Positions 9,243 through 17,300 of a DNA stretch of 64,000 nt are shown here, piece after piece. This DNA comes from Verrucomicrobiota bacterium (lineage in GTDB: Bacteria; Verrucomicrobiota; Verrucomicrobiia; Chthoniobacterales; UBA10450), in NCBI GenBank assembly GCA_041167545.1, contig JBEEHT010000044.1, positions 9,113-73,112 of the forward strand. The letters are read 5' to 3'. How positions within the stretch are numbered: position 1 is the first letter of the stretch; each line of letters starts with the position of its first letter. Position numbers and translations under genes: made by a program. The notes under the pieces are model-generated. The model saw nothing but the letters and a program-made list of their open reading frames with translations, was not told where the DNA came from and made no database searches.

Positions 9243-9725
9243 ATGAAAACACGCATTTTAAAAGGGGCCTGCCTGCTAACAGTCGGAGCGCTCCTCGCGA
9301 GCGCCTCTATCGGGACTGCCCGCGCCCAATTCCCCTATGTTCCGAGCCTTCCATTTGGCGGCGGTAGCACGGCCGAGAGGGTTGTCACGGCTGCTGTCAT
9401 AGCGAGCGTGATCTATTTCATCGCGAAAAATGAGGCCACTGAACGGCAACGGCAGGTCGCCGAGATGCGGGCGCGCCAGTCGTATGCGCACATGTCGTCG
9501 AAACGTAAGGCGAACATGAAAGCGAAAAAGGTCCGTTATATCGCCGTGGACACAGAGCGGGGCCAGAAGAGTTCACCCAAGGCAAAGAAGACCGTGATGA
9601 TTTACGACACGGAAACGCAAAGGGTGGCGAGCAATAGCGCCTACGACGTGGAAAAGGCGCCGAGTGTCGGTGCGACAGCAAAGATAGACACCTATTCGGC
9701 CGAATACGTCGGCTCGGGATTGTAG
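9243..9725 (+). CDS. hypothetical secreted or membrane protein, Lys/Arg-rich
   Basis: Internal ATG followed by the signal peptide 'MKTRILKGACLLTVGALLASASIGTARAQ'. No recognisable domain. Confidence 0.5.
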   Translation: MKTRILKGACLLTVGALLASASIGTARAQFPYVPSLPFGGGSTAERVVTAAVIASVIYFIAKNEATERQRQVAEMRARQSYAHMSSKRKANMKAKKVRYIAVDTERGQKSSPKAKKTVMIYDTETQRVASNSAYDVEKAPSVGATAKIDTYSAEYVGSGL

Positions 9726-9729
9726 GATC

Positions 9730-12700
9730 CTAGTTGTCGAGCTTGTAGGTTTCGGCGAGACCTATTCCAGTGCTATTGTTAGCACCACGGACCACCGAGC
9801 TGTATCTGCCAGGTCCAAGCGTCGTGAGGATTGCAGATTCGGAGCTTATCGTGGGTGCAAGTCCTGTTGTCGTGATGTCAGAGGCGTTACTGGCCTGTCC
9901 CCAGTTATCATTGAAGCCAATCAGCACACCATTAACATCGCGGAGCTCGAGAGTGGTATCGTCAAGCGCAGTTGGAACTCCAAATGTCTTCAATTCGGGG
10001 CCAAGAGCCCGGACGAGGACGCGGCGCGCTTCTCCAGGGCCGATGATGACACCGCCAAAGACCGCGTTATCCGCCAACTGAGCGTTCCCGCGAACGGACA
10101 AGTTGCCGAGCTCGCCTACTGAAGTCTGGAGATCGTAGATCTCGATGACACCTACACCGCCGCTGCTATTTGCGCTCTTGATAATGGCGGTATGATTACC
10201 CGGCGGCAAGGTGGCGATAATGGCCGACTCGCGATTGTCCGTAGGCGCCAGGCCGCTTTGCTGGATCTCAGTTTCCTGCGTGCTCCTCCAATCGTTGTTG
10301 GTCGTGACGGCGCCGCTGCTGTCATGCAGTTCGAGAACAGGATCCTGCAACGGATTAGCGATGTTATTGGCAGCGAGAGAGGGTCCAATCGCGCGGATCA
10401 AGACACGCTTTGAAGTGGCACCTTTCATGATGAACCCGCCGATGCCAACATCATTGGCGGAGCCTATGAGCACACGCCCTGCAATATTGATCAGTTGAAT
10501 CCCAGGCGGGCTGGCGCTGGGTGGCGCAGTCGGGATCGGAGCGGTTACGGCGGCTTCCGCGTTGATGTGGCCAAAGCCATCGAGAGCGGAGTAACCGCGC
10601 CCGATCCGGTTTGTTAGCCTTCCGGAAAAGGGAAAAGTCTGCCCGCCAGCAGTAACGGTTCCGGAAAAAGTCATGCCTGGCCGCACATCGTTACCCTGAG
10701 GATCTTCTGGAATGAGGACTCCGTCGCCAAGGATATCGGCCGAGTAATCTCCTTTGCGAACCAGGGCTGTAACAGTCATGCCTTGAGGAACCGTAGCATC
10801 CTGCCACTGCGACCTGCCATTATTGAAACGCAGGACCTTACCGGTGGTGAAGTTATTATTCGGGAAGCCCAGGTTCAGCGTCCAGGTGTGTTGAGTAGGA
10901 TTGCTCGCGTTTGGGTTAGATGGGAAAGGTGCTGGGTTGCTGCGAGTAGCTACTACGTCTGCCGCGGCCAAACCCACCGACTTGTTCCCGAAAGCAAAGG
11001 TGGAAGTAAATACCATGCCCGGCGTGTAACGGTACTTGGATGAGTCAAGGAAGTCAGCCGGAGTAAATCCGTTGAAGTTACCGCCGGTCGGGTTACCACC
11101 GGTCTGCGGCGTACCTTGAGGGTTAAAGCTCAAGCTCATTAGCTGGCCGGGTCCGGTATAGGTGACCGACCAGGAATTCGGATCGTTCTGGCCGGTGCCC
11201 ATGTTGCGGCTGTTATCGCTGGTAACGTTAATGGAGATGCTTCCTCCGTTTGTTGTCTGAGCGGTGCCATTCACAGAGTAGGGATCCAGATCATGCGGGA
11301 ACGCCGTGGTCTGGAAGATGGTTTTCACTTGAGCCGGCGTAAGCGAATGGGGTCCGCCATGGCCCTGCAGGACAAGAGCGGCGAGACCGGCGCAATGCGG
11401 CGAGGCGGCGCTTGTTCCATAGAAATTCGGGAAGTTGTCTGGGTCGTATGCCGAATCGCCGACCAGCGGGACACCCATGAACGGGATGACGCCGAGCGGG
11501 AAGAAGCTGGTATTCACCCCATCGGCCGCGGCTATGTCGGGTTTCAGGCGAATCTCGGGAGCAGCCAGCCGGTTATTGTTTTGATCGAAGAAGATGGTGA
11601 CCGGCCCGGTGGAGCTGAAGTCTTCGGGGATATTCGGCTTGAAGGCCTCATAGGCGGCCACGCTGTTAGCGCCCGCGGCGGCGCTATGGCCATAGGTCAC
11701 CGGCGTAACATAGGAGCCATATTCCGCAGGTCCAAGACCCGAGCCGCCATTGCCGAAGAAGACGTAACGAAATCGATCTGCGGCTGGAGATGGATTCGTA
11801 GTGTTAGAACGGCAGATCACGATCTGAGTCTGAGTGCCCGGGAAGCTGGGTGTGCCGACTTCTATCGGCCGGTTATTGGCAATGTTGTTCGAGGTAAAGG
11901 ACTCCGAGGCAAGAAAGGCGCCGTTGATATCGAAGAAGAGAACATTGAAGTCCTGGGTGATTCGGGCCGTGCCCGTAGCGTTGTTGAGCTTGATGTGAAA
12001 CGAGCCTTGGGTAGGCAGAGTGGTCGTCGAGTTAGTGAAGGGATGGACCGTGATTTTATACTGTCCGCTTACCGGCGCGAAAAACGTTACCGTTTCATCG
12101 ACGCCGGTGTCCTGATCGAGAATCACATGCCCATTCGGATCCGTGACGCGGACGATCGCATCGAAATCTTCCAGCGGCGTAGCAGGCGTCGCATTCTCCC
12201 GGATGACGTAAGCCTTGCCGGCTACGAGAGGGGGCGGAAGGAAATCCACTGACGAACCGCCGGCGCTCGTGCCGTCGCCCTGGAAAATCGGTGGTTCGAT
12301 AATTGTCGGCGCGGAAACATCGAACGGGTCGTTCCACTGGAAAACAAACGGCGCATCGCTTCCGGTGTTGATGGTCTGCGCGACGTCGAGCCCGCTCGGA
12401 TTAAAATTGTGGAAGCCACCCGCATAAAGAGCGGGATCGACCCCGGTCAGGTCGATGTTAGTTCCGACGAGAGCTGTATTACCGGGCGCCTTCACGCCGG
12501 TGCCATTGGGAACCTGGCGAAAGAGAGAAGAGTAGCCGTCGGTTCCCCAGTTATTCGCGGCGGAAGAAGAGTAGGTGACGCCGAACGCGACCACGTCGTT
12601 TACGGCTTGTGCGATCACGCCATCGGAAAACATCGGCTCGGTCAGATAGGAAACGTCGTCGCAAACAACATCGCCCTTGAAGCCTTGTTGAACCGCAGCG

Positions 12701-13587
12701 GCTTTTGTGAAGCCGGGAATTCCTGCGAGGGCCCGGATGTTATTCGCAAATCCGACCTCGCCATTAAACGCCGTGGCAAATGCGATCTTCGATCCCGGCG
12801 CCGTATCGTACACGATCTGGGCCATGCCGCGTCCTTCGTCAGTCGGGTCGGGGCCCAAGGGGAGATCCTCGAGAACAATCACATTCGGTAACTCCCCGGC
12901 GGCCGTGTCCGCTGCCGCGCGATCGGAGGTGGCAGCAGAAGCATCGAAGCTATCGGACATGACACCGATGGAGATTCCAGTGCCGGGAAAATCGAGTGGG
13001 GCAGCGGCGTTGTAACCTTTGTTGATGCGGTTGACGCGATGCTGATTGACGCCTTGGGAAGTGGAAGGGCCGGCGTTCAAACGCGGTTTGAGTTGCAGAA
13101 TTACCGAGCTAACCCCGGGGGTGTTCGCCATCGCGGGGACATCATCGATCGCAACAAAGCCTTCGATAATTCCATGACCATTATAGGTCGGCTCGATGTT
13201 CTTGACTTGGAGCAACGGAAAAGCGCTTTGGAGCGACGCCTGCAAGGTTGCCAGCGGCACCCGGCCATCCGGCATGATATCGACAAGATATTTGCCCGTG
13301 ATCTTATCGCTTAACGCCATCTTTGCGTAAGCCGCCGCCTGTTTGGTGGCGAAGCCGTCGAAGTTTGCGGGACCCCCGGCTTTGATCGCGAGGGTGCTCT
13401 CGACGAGCCGGTCGAGGCCGTTGCCAAGATTCTCGGGCACGGCTCGTTTAGCTAAAGCAGGAACCGTTAGGCAGATACCAACCAGGAAGCAGACTCCCGC
13501 CTTGCAAAGGCGGCCGACGCGCGTGGAATTTTGTTTGCTCATGGGACGCTTGAAAATCGAATCGGGCGTTGCCGCCGGACGCGCCAC
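9730..13587 (-). CDS. large secreted clan-SB (subtilisin/sedolisin-like) peptidase with two C-terminal beta-sandwich-like repeats
   Basis: Signal/TM 'GVCFLVGICLTVPALA'. Catalytic-Ser motif 'YGTSAASPHCAGLAALVL', 'IGVMSDSFD' and 'SSSAANNWG'. The start may be the ATG at 13542. Confidence 0.7.
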   Translation of the reverse strand: MARPAATPDSIFKRPMSKQNSTRVGRLCKAGVCFLVGICLTVPALAKRAVPENLGNGLDRLVESTLAIKAGGPANFDGFATKQAAAYAKMALSDKITGKYLVDIMPDGRVPLATLQASLQSAFPLLQVKNIEPTYNGHGIIEGFVAIDDVPAMANTPGVSSVILQLKPRLNAGPSTSQGVNQHRVNRINKGYNAAAPLDFPGTGISIGVMSDSFDASAATSDRAAADTAAGELPNVIVLEDLPLGPDPTDEGRGMAQIVYDTAPGSKIAFATAFNGEVGFANNIRALAGIPGFTKAAAVQQGFKGDVVCDDVSYLTEPMFSDGVIAQAVNDVVAFGVTYSSSAANNWGTDGYSSLFRQVPNGTGVKAPGNTALVGTNIDLTGVDPALYAGGFHNFNPSGLDVAQTINTGSDAPFVFQWNDPFDVSAPTIIEPPIFQGDGTSAGGSSVDFLPPPLVAGKAYVIRENATPATPLEDFDAIVRVTDPNGHVILDQDTGVDETVTFFAPVSGQYKITVHPFTNSTTTLPTQGSFHIKLNNATGTARITQDFNVLFFDINGAFLASESFTSNNIANNRPIEVGTPSFPGTQTQIVICRSNTTNPSPAADRFRYVFFGNGGSGLGPAEYGSYVTPVTYGHSAAAGANSVAAYEAFKPNIPEDFSSTGPVTIFFDQNNNRLAAPEIRLKPDIAAADGVNTSFFPLGVIPFMGVPLVGDSAYDPDNFPNFYGTSAASPHCAGLAALVLQGHGGPHSLTPAQVKTIFQTTAFPHDLDPYSVNGTAQTTNGGSISINVTSDNSRNMGTGQNDPNSWSVTYTGPGQLMSLSFNPQGTPQTGGNPTGGNFNGFTPADFLDSSKYRYTPGMVFTSTFAFGNKSVGLAAADVVATRSNPAPFPSNPNASNPTQHTWTLNLGFPNNNFTTGKVLRFNNGRSQWQDATVPQGMTVTALVRKGDYSADILGDGVLIPEDPQGNDVRPGMTFSGTVTAGGQTFPFSGRLTNRIGRGYSALDGFGHINAEAAVTAPIPTAPPSASPPGIQLINIAGRVLIGSANDVGIGGFIMKGATSKRVLIRAIGPSLAANNIANPLQDPVLELHDSSGAVTTNNDWRSTQETEIQQSGLAPTDNRESAIIATLPPGNHTAIIKSANSSGGVGVIEIYDLQTSVGELGNLSVRGNAQLADNAVFGGVIIGPGEARRVLVRALGPELKTFGVPTALDDTTLELRDVNGVLIGFNDNWGQASNASDITTTGLAPTISSESAILTTLGPGRYSSVVRGANNSTGIGLAETYKLDN
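9733..10500 (-). other. tandem pair of the shared C-terminal module of about 125 aa (copies 1a and 1b)
   Basis: 'INIAGRV..IGGFI..KRVLIRAIGPSL..LQDPVLEL..NNDW..SGLAPT..ESAII..LPPGNHTAII..GVGVIEIYDL', then 'GNLSVRG..FGGVI..RVLVRALGPEL..NDNW..TGLAPT..ESAIL..GPGRYSSVV..GIGLAETYKL'. Confidence 0.7.
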
Positions 13588-13756
13588 GATAAATAATATG
13601 ACAGAAATGTAATGGGAAAAATAGGGCGGTTCGCAGAACCGAAAGGCCTTTTTCCCGCGATCTAGAATTGCCTAACCCCGCATTTCGCGCGGTCGTGGCT
13701 CCACTTCACAATCCACGAATCATCTCTTCAACTTTGGAATCCCAAAGAAAGGCCCA

Positions 13757-16700
13757 ATGAAAAAATCCGCCTCAACTCAGTCCGGCATCTTTATCCTGCG
13801 TGTAGTTTTAGTGTGCGGTCTGGTGACGCTTTCGGCGTTACTGGGATTTCTCGCCTTCGCCGCCGCGCCTCCATCGGGAACGATCGGACCCTCGGGGCCG
13901 TCGGTCCCCTGGGTCGGCACCGCGACCGGCCTGCCACCGACCGGCGGCGCGGAGGACGCATGCGAAGAAGGAACAAATTGCGATAGCTTTAAGCTCACCA
14001 TCTCGGGGACGCCAGCGGATTGGGCCGCGGCCGTGAAGGTCGTGCACGTTCAGATCAACTGGGCCTCGCCTTCGACGGACTACGATTTGTATGTGCACAA
14101 AGGCACGCTGACCGGGCCGATCGTCGCAACCTCAGGCGCCGGCGGAACGACCCAGGAACAGGTAGACCTCGATCCGCGCCGCAGCAGCGTCGGCACCGGA
14201 GACTTCATTGTGCATGTGGTTTATTTCGCGGCGACGATGGCCGATCAATACACCGGTGTCGCAAGTCTGGCGGCAGCGGCGCCCCTTCCGGCCCCGGCGC
14301 CCGCCGCAACGGGGTTCGCACCGCGTTTCGAAAACTTTAACCCTCCCGCATTGGGGCCAAACACCCTGGGCCGAGGCGCCGGCGAACCTTCCATTGGCAT
14401 TGGATTGCCGATCGTCGGCCATCCGGAAGGGCGCGCGATGTTTCAAGCGGATGTGCAAACGCTCCGCGTTACCTTTAACGGCGCTTGCGCCAAACCGCTC
14501 TGGGAAAACAAGCCCGCGCCTACGTCGCAAGAAGATTTCGATCCGATTCTGTTCACTGATTTCCAGACCGGCCGCACGATTGTGCATCTCCTGTCGTTCG
14601 CGGCGAATGTCATTGCCGGCGAATCGTCCTTCACGGATACAACGCCTCCGGACAACGACGGCGATGTCTGGCATCCGAGTAACGGGGCCGGCATTGCTTC
14701 GGGTGTGGACCATCAAACCGTCGGCGCCGGGCCTTATCACAGCCCGCTCATCGGCACGCCTGTGAATCCGCACGCGGTTTACTATTGCTCACAAGCTCTC
14801 GTCGATGCGAACTGTGCTCGCAGCGATAACGGAGGCGCCAGCTACGGCCCGTCGGTTATTGCTTACAGAACGGAATGCGGCGGGCTGCACGGCCACGTAA
14901 AAGTCGCTCCAGACGGAACGGTTTACCTGCCTAATAGAGGGTGCGGCACTTCTCAGGCGGTCGTGGTTTCTGAGGATAACGGGCTGACGTGGGAAGTTCG
15001 CAAGCTGCTCGGTAGTGCTCAGGGTGGGAGCGACCCATCGGTCGGAATCGGCAGCAGCGGCAGGGTCTACTTTGGCTATGCCGATGGCGATACGAACGCT
15101 GCCATCAGCATGTCGAACGACAACGGCAAAACCTGGACCGCACCGCTTGACGTCGGCGCATCTTTTGGAATCAACAACGTCGTTTTCCCGGCAGTCGTGG
15201 CCGGCGACAACAACCGGGCGGCATTCGCTTTTCTCGGTACGCCAACCGCCGGCGGGTTAACTGGACCGAGGTTCACAGGCATTTGGCATCTCTACGTCGC
15301 GACGACATACGATGGCGGCGCCACCTGGTCCACGGTGGACGCGACGCCTAACGACCCCGTGCAGCGCGGCTGCATTTGGCTCGGCGGCGGCGCGAATATC
15401 TGCCGAAACCTTTTAGATTTCATGGATGTGCAAATGGACCACGAAGGCCGGATCCTCGTCGGATACGCGGATGGCTGCGCCGGCGGGGAATGCGTTCTGG
15501 CGCCATCGAGCGCGACTGGAAATTCTTACACTGCCCTGGCGGCGATTGCGCGGCAAAGCGGTGGGCGCAGGCTTCTGAGCGCCTTTGATCCTCCCGCGAC
15601 CGCGACAGCGCCCGGCACTCCAACGTTGAACGCGAAACGCAACGGCGGCCTGGTGCGGTTGTCGTGGTCTGAAGCCGATACCGGTGGATCGGCGATAACT
15701 AGTTACAACATCCTTCGCTCCACCACCTCCAATACCGAAACATTACTGGCCACGGTGCCCGGTACTCAACTGCGCTACGACGATATCACTGCTACCGATC
15801 CGGCGATAACCTACTTCTACAAAGTGGTGGCCGTGAACGCACAAGGTTCTTCATGCGGCAACAACGAGGTCTCAGCGAGATATGTGGGAGATTCGTATGC
15901 GGCCACTGGCTTCATCGTCGCGACCGATCCCACGGCAGAGGTCGGTCCTCCGGCGGCGAACCCCGATTTGGATATCCAATCGCTTGCCATCTCTGAACCG
16001 GGAACTGGCCCGAATGCAGGGAAGTTGGTTTTTCAGCTCAAGATGACGAGCCTCGCCACCATCCCGCCCAGCCGGCGCTGGAGGATCATTTGGAATTCTC
16101 AGTCTTCGCCGGGCGGTCAGTATTACCTCGGCATGACCTCGGATAATACGGGCGCGATTTCATTCGACTACGGGACCGTTACTACGGGGGTGATCGGATT
16201 GGTCCTTAGCGATCCAAATACGACTACGGTCGGGACACCCGATGCAGCCAGCTTTACTCCGGCCGGCCTGATCACCTTTGCCATTTCGCGGAACAAAATT
16301 GGCAACCCGCAAACGGGCGATCTGCTCGGCGGAATTTCCGTCAGGACTTACGCCGATACCACGAGCAAGGTTCGCTCGACGAATGCAATCGACACGACCT
16401 CCAATGCCAATGCGAATGACGACACGGCGAATGCGGCCACCTATGCGATAGCGGGTCCACGGTCGGCCCTCCTGCAAAATATTTCCACGCGCGCGCAGGT
16501 CGGCGCGGCGGAGAAGGTGTTGATCGGCGGCTTCATTATTACCGGGACTGAATCGAAGAGAGTCATCGTGCGTGGTCGCGGACCGTCGCTTGTCGGCGTG
16601 CCCGGCATCACTGATCCGCTGCACGATCCGATCATCGAACTTTATAACAGCACGCCCGGCGCTCCGCCCATCGCCACAAACGATGACTGGCAAAATCCGC

Positions 16701-17266
16701 CCTCCAACGGGACCGATGTCTCGAACACCGGGCTCGCCCCGACCCATCCTTTCGAGTCGGCGATCGTCCGCACGCTGGGCCCCGGCAATTACACAGTCAT
16801 CCTGCGCGACAAGGATTTGAGCGCGGCGCGACTGGGCCTCGTCGAGGTGTTTGATGTTGCGCCCGCATCTAATTCACAATTGGGGAATCTGAGTTCGCGT
16901 GGGTTCGTTGGAACCGGCAATAACGTCATGATCGGCGGTGTCATCGTGGGACCTGTCGGTACTGGCAACGCGAATCTTCTTGTCCGCTCCCTCGGGCCAT
17001 CCCTGGGTGGTTTCGGCGTCGCCGGCAGTCTGCCCGATCCAACCTTAAGAGTGGTAAACCAGAGCGGCACGACAGTCGCCTTCAATGATGAGTGGCGCGA
17101 TAATCAAGCCGCGATCGCGGCGCAGGCGCCAAATCTCGCTCCATCAAGAAATGAAGAGTCTGCCCTCATCATTTCCCTGGCGCCGGGACAGTACACCGCA
17201 ATCGTGGACGGCAAGGGCGGCACAGGCGTCGCGACCGTTGAAGTTTATGGCCTCACCGGGCCGTGA
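13757..17266 (+). CDS. large secreted BNR/sialidase-like beta-propeller protein with an N-terminal PPC-like domain, an FN3-like domain and two C-terminal repeats
   Basis: Signal peptide 'VLVCGLVTLSALLGFLAFAAA'. 'STDYDLYVHKG' (PPC-like). Asp-box/BNR motifs 'SEDNGLTWE', 'SNDNGKTWT', 'TYDGGATWS'. 'LSWSEADTGGSAITSYNI' (FN3-like). Confidence 0.75.
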   Translation: MKKSASTQSGIFILRVVLVCGLVTLSALLGFLAFAAAPPSGTIGPSGPSVPWVGTATGLPPTGGAEDACEEGTNCDSFKLTISGTPADWAAAVKVVHVQINWASPSTDYDLYVHKGTLTGPIVATSGAGGTTQEQVDLDPRRSSVGTGDFIVHVVYFAATMADQYTGVASLAAAAPLPAPAPAATGFAPRFENFNPPALGPNTLGRGAGEPSIGIGLPIVGHPEGRAMFQADVQTLRVTFNGACAKPLWENKPAPTSQEDFDPILFTDFQTGRTIVHLLSFAANVIAGESSFTDTTPPDNDGDVWHPSNGAGIASGVDHQTVGAGPYHSPLIGTPVNPHAVYYCSQALVDANCARSDNGGASYGPSVIAYRTECGGLHGHVKVAPDGTVYLPNRGCGTSQAVVVSEDNGLTWEVRKLLGSAQGGSDPSVGIGSSGRVYFGYADGDTNAAISMSNDNGKTWTAPLDVGASFGINNVVFPAVVAGDNNRAAFAFLGTPTAGGLTGPRFTGIWHLYVATTYDGGATWSTVDATPNDPVQRGCIWLGGGANICRNLLDFMDVQMDHEGRILVGYADGCAGGECVLAPSSATGNSYTALAAIARQSGGRRLLSAFDPPATATAPGTPTLNAKRNGGLVRLSWSEADTGGSAITSYNILRSTTSNTETLLATVPGTQLRYDDITATDPAITYFYKVVAVNAQGSSCGNNEVSARYVGDSYAATGFIVATDPTAEVGPPAANPDLDIQSLAISEPGTGPNAGKLVFQLKMTSLATIPPSRRWRIIWNSQSSPGGQYYLGMTSDNTGAISFDYGTVTTGVIGLVLSDPNTTTVGTPDAASFTPAGLITFAISRNKIGNPQTGDLLGGISVRTYADTTSKVRSTNAIDTTSNANANDDTANAATYAIAGPRSALLQNISTRAQVGAAEKVLIGGFIITGTESKRVIVRGRGPSLVGVPGITDPLHDPIIELYNSTPGAPPIATNDDWQNPPSNGTDVSNTGLAPTHPFESAIVRTLGPGNYTVILRDKDLSAARLGLVEVFDVAPASNSQLGNLSSRGFVGTGNNVMIGGVIVGPVGTGNANLLVRSLGPSLGGFGVAGSLPDPTLRVVNQSGTTVAFNDEWRDNQAAIAAQAPNLAPSRNEESALIISLAPGQYTAIVDGKGGTGVATVEVYGLTGP
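16468..17263 (+). other. tandem pair of the shared C-terminal module (copies 2a and 2b)
   Basis: 'QNISTRA..LIGGFII..KRVIVRGRGPSL..LHDPIIEL..NDDW..TGLAPT..ESAIV..GPGNYTVIL..LGLVEVFDV', then 'GNLSSRG..MIGGVIV..LLVRSLGPSL..LPDPTLRV..NDEW..NLAPS..ESALI..APGQYTAIV..VATVEVYGL'. Confidence 0.7.
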
Positions 17267-17300
17267 TCCCGCCCCCCGGACTAACGCAAGAAAAACCCAT

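Noticed and set aside
13741-13752. The identical 12-mer CCCAAAGAAAGG lies just upstream of two secreted-protein starts, at 13741-13752 and 57637-57648.
   Set aside because: It is short and purine-rich, so it is plausibly just a ribosome-binding-like context. Two occurrences are insufficient to call a motif.
17085-17300. The ORF-track start of the third giant protein at 17085 overlaps the end of the second by 182 nt. This could be a fusion or a programmed frameshift.
   Set aside because: The overlapping part translates to Arg/Ser-rich junk. A clean signal peptide begins at the ATG at 17301, 34 nt after the upstream stop. No slippery sequence was noticed.
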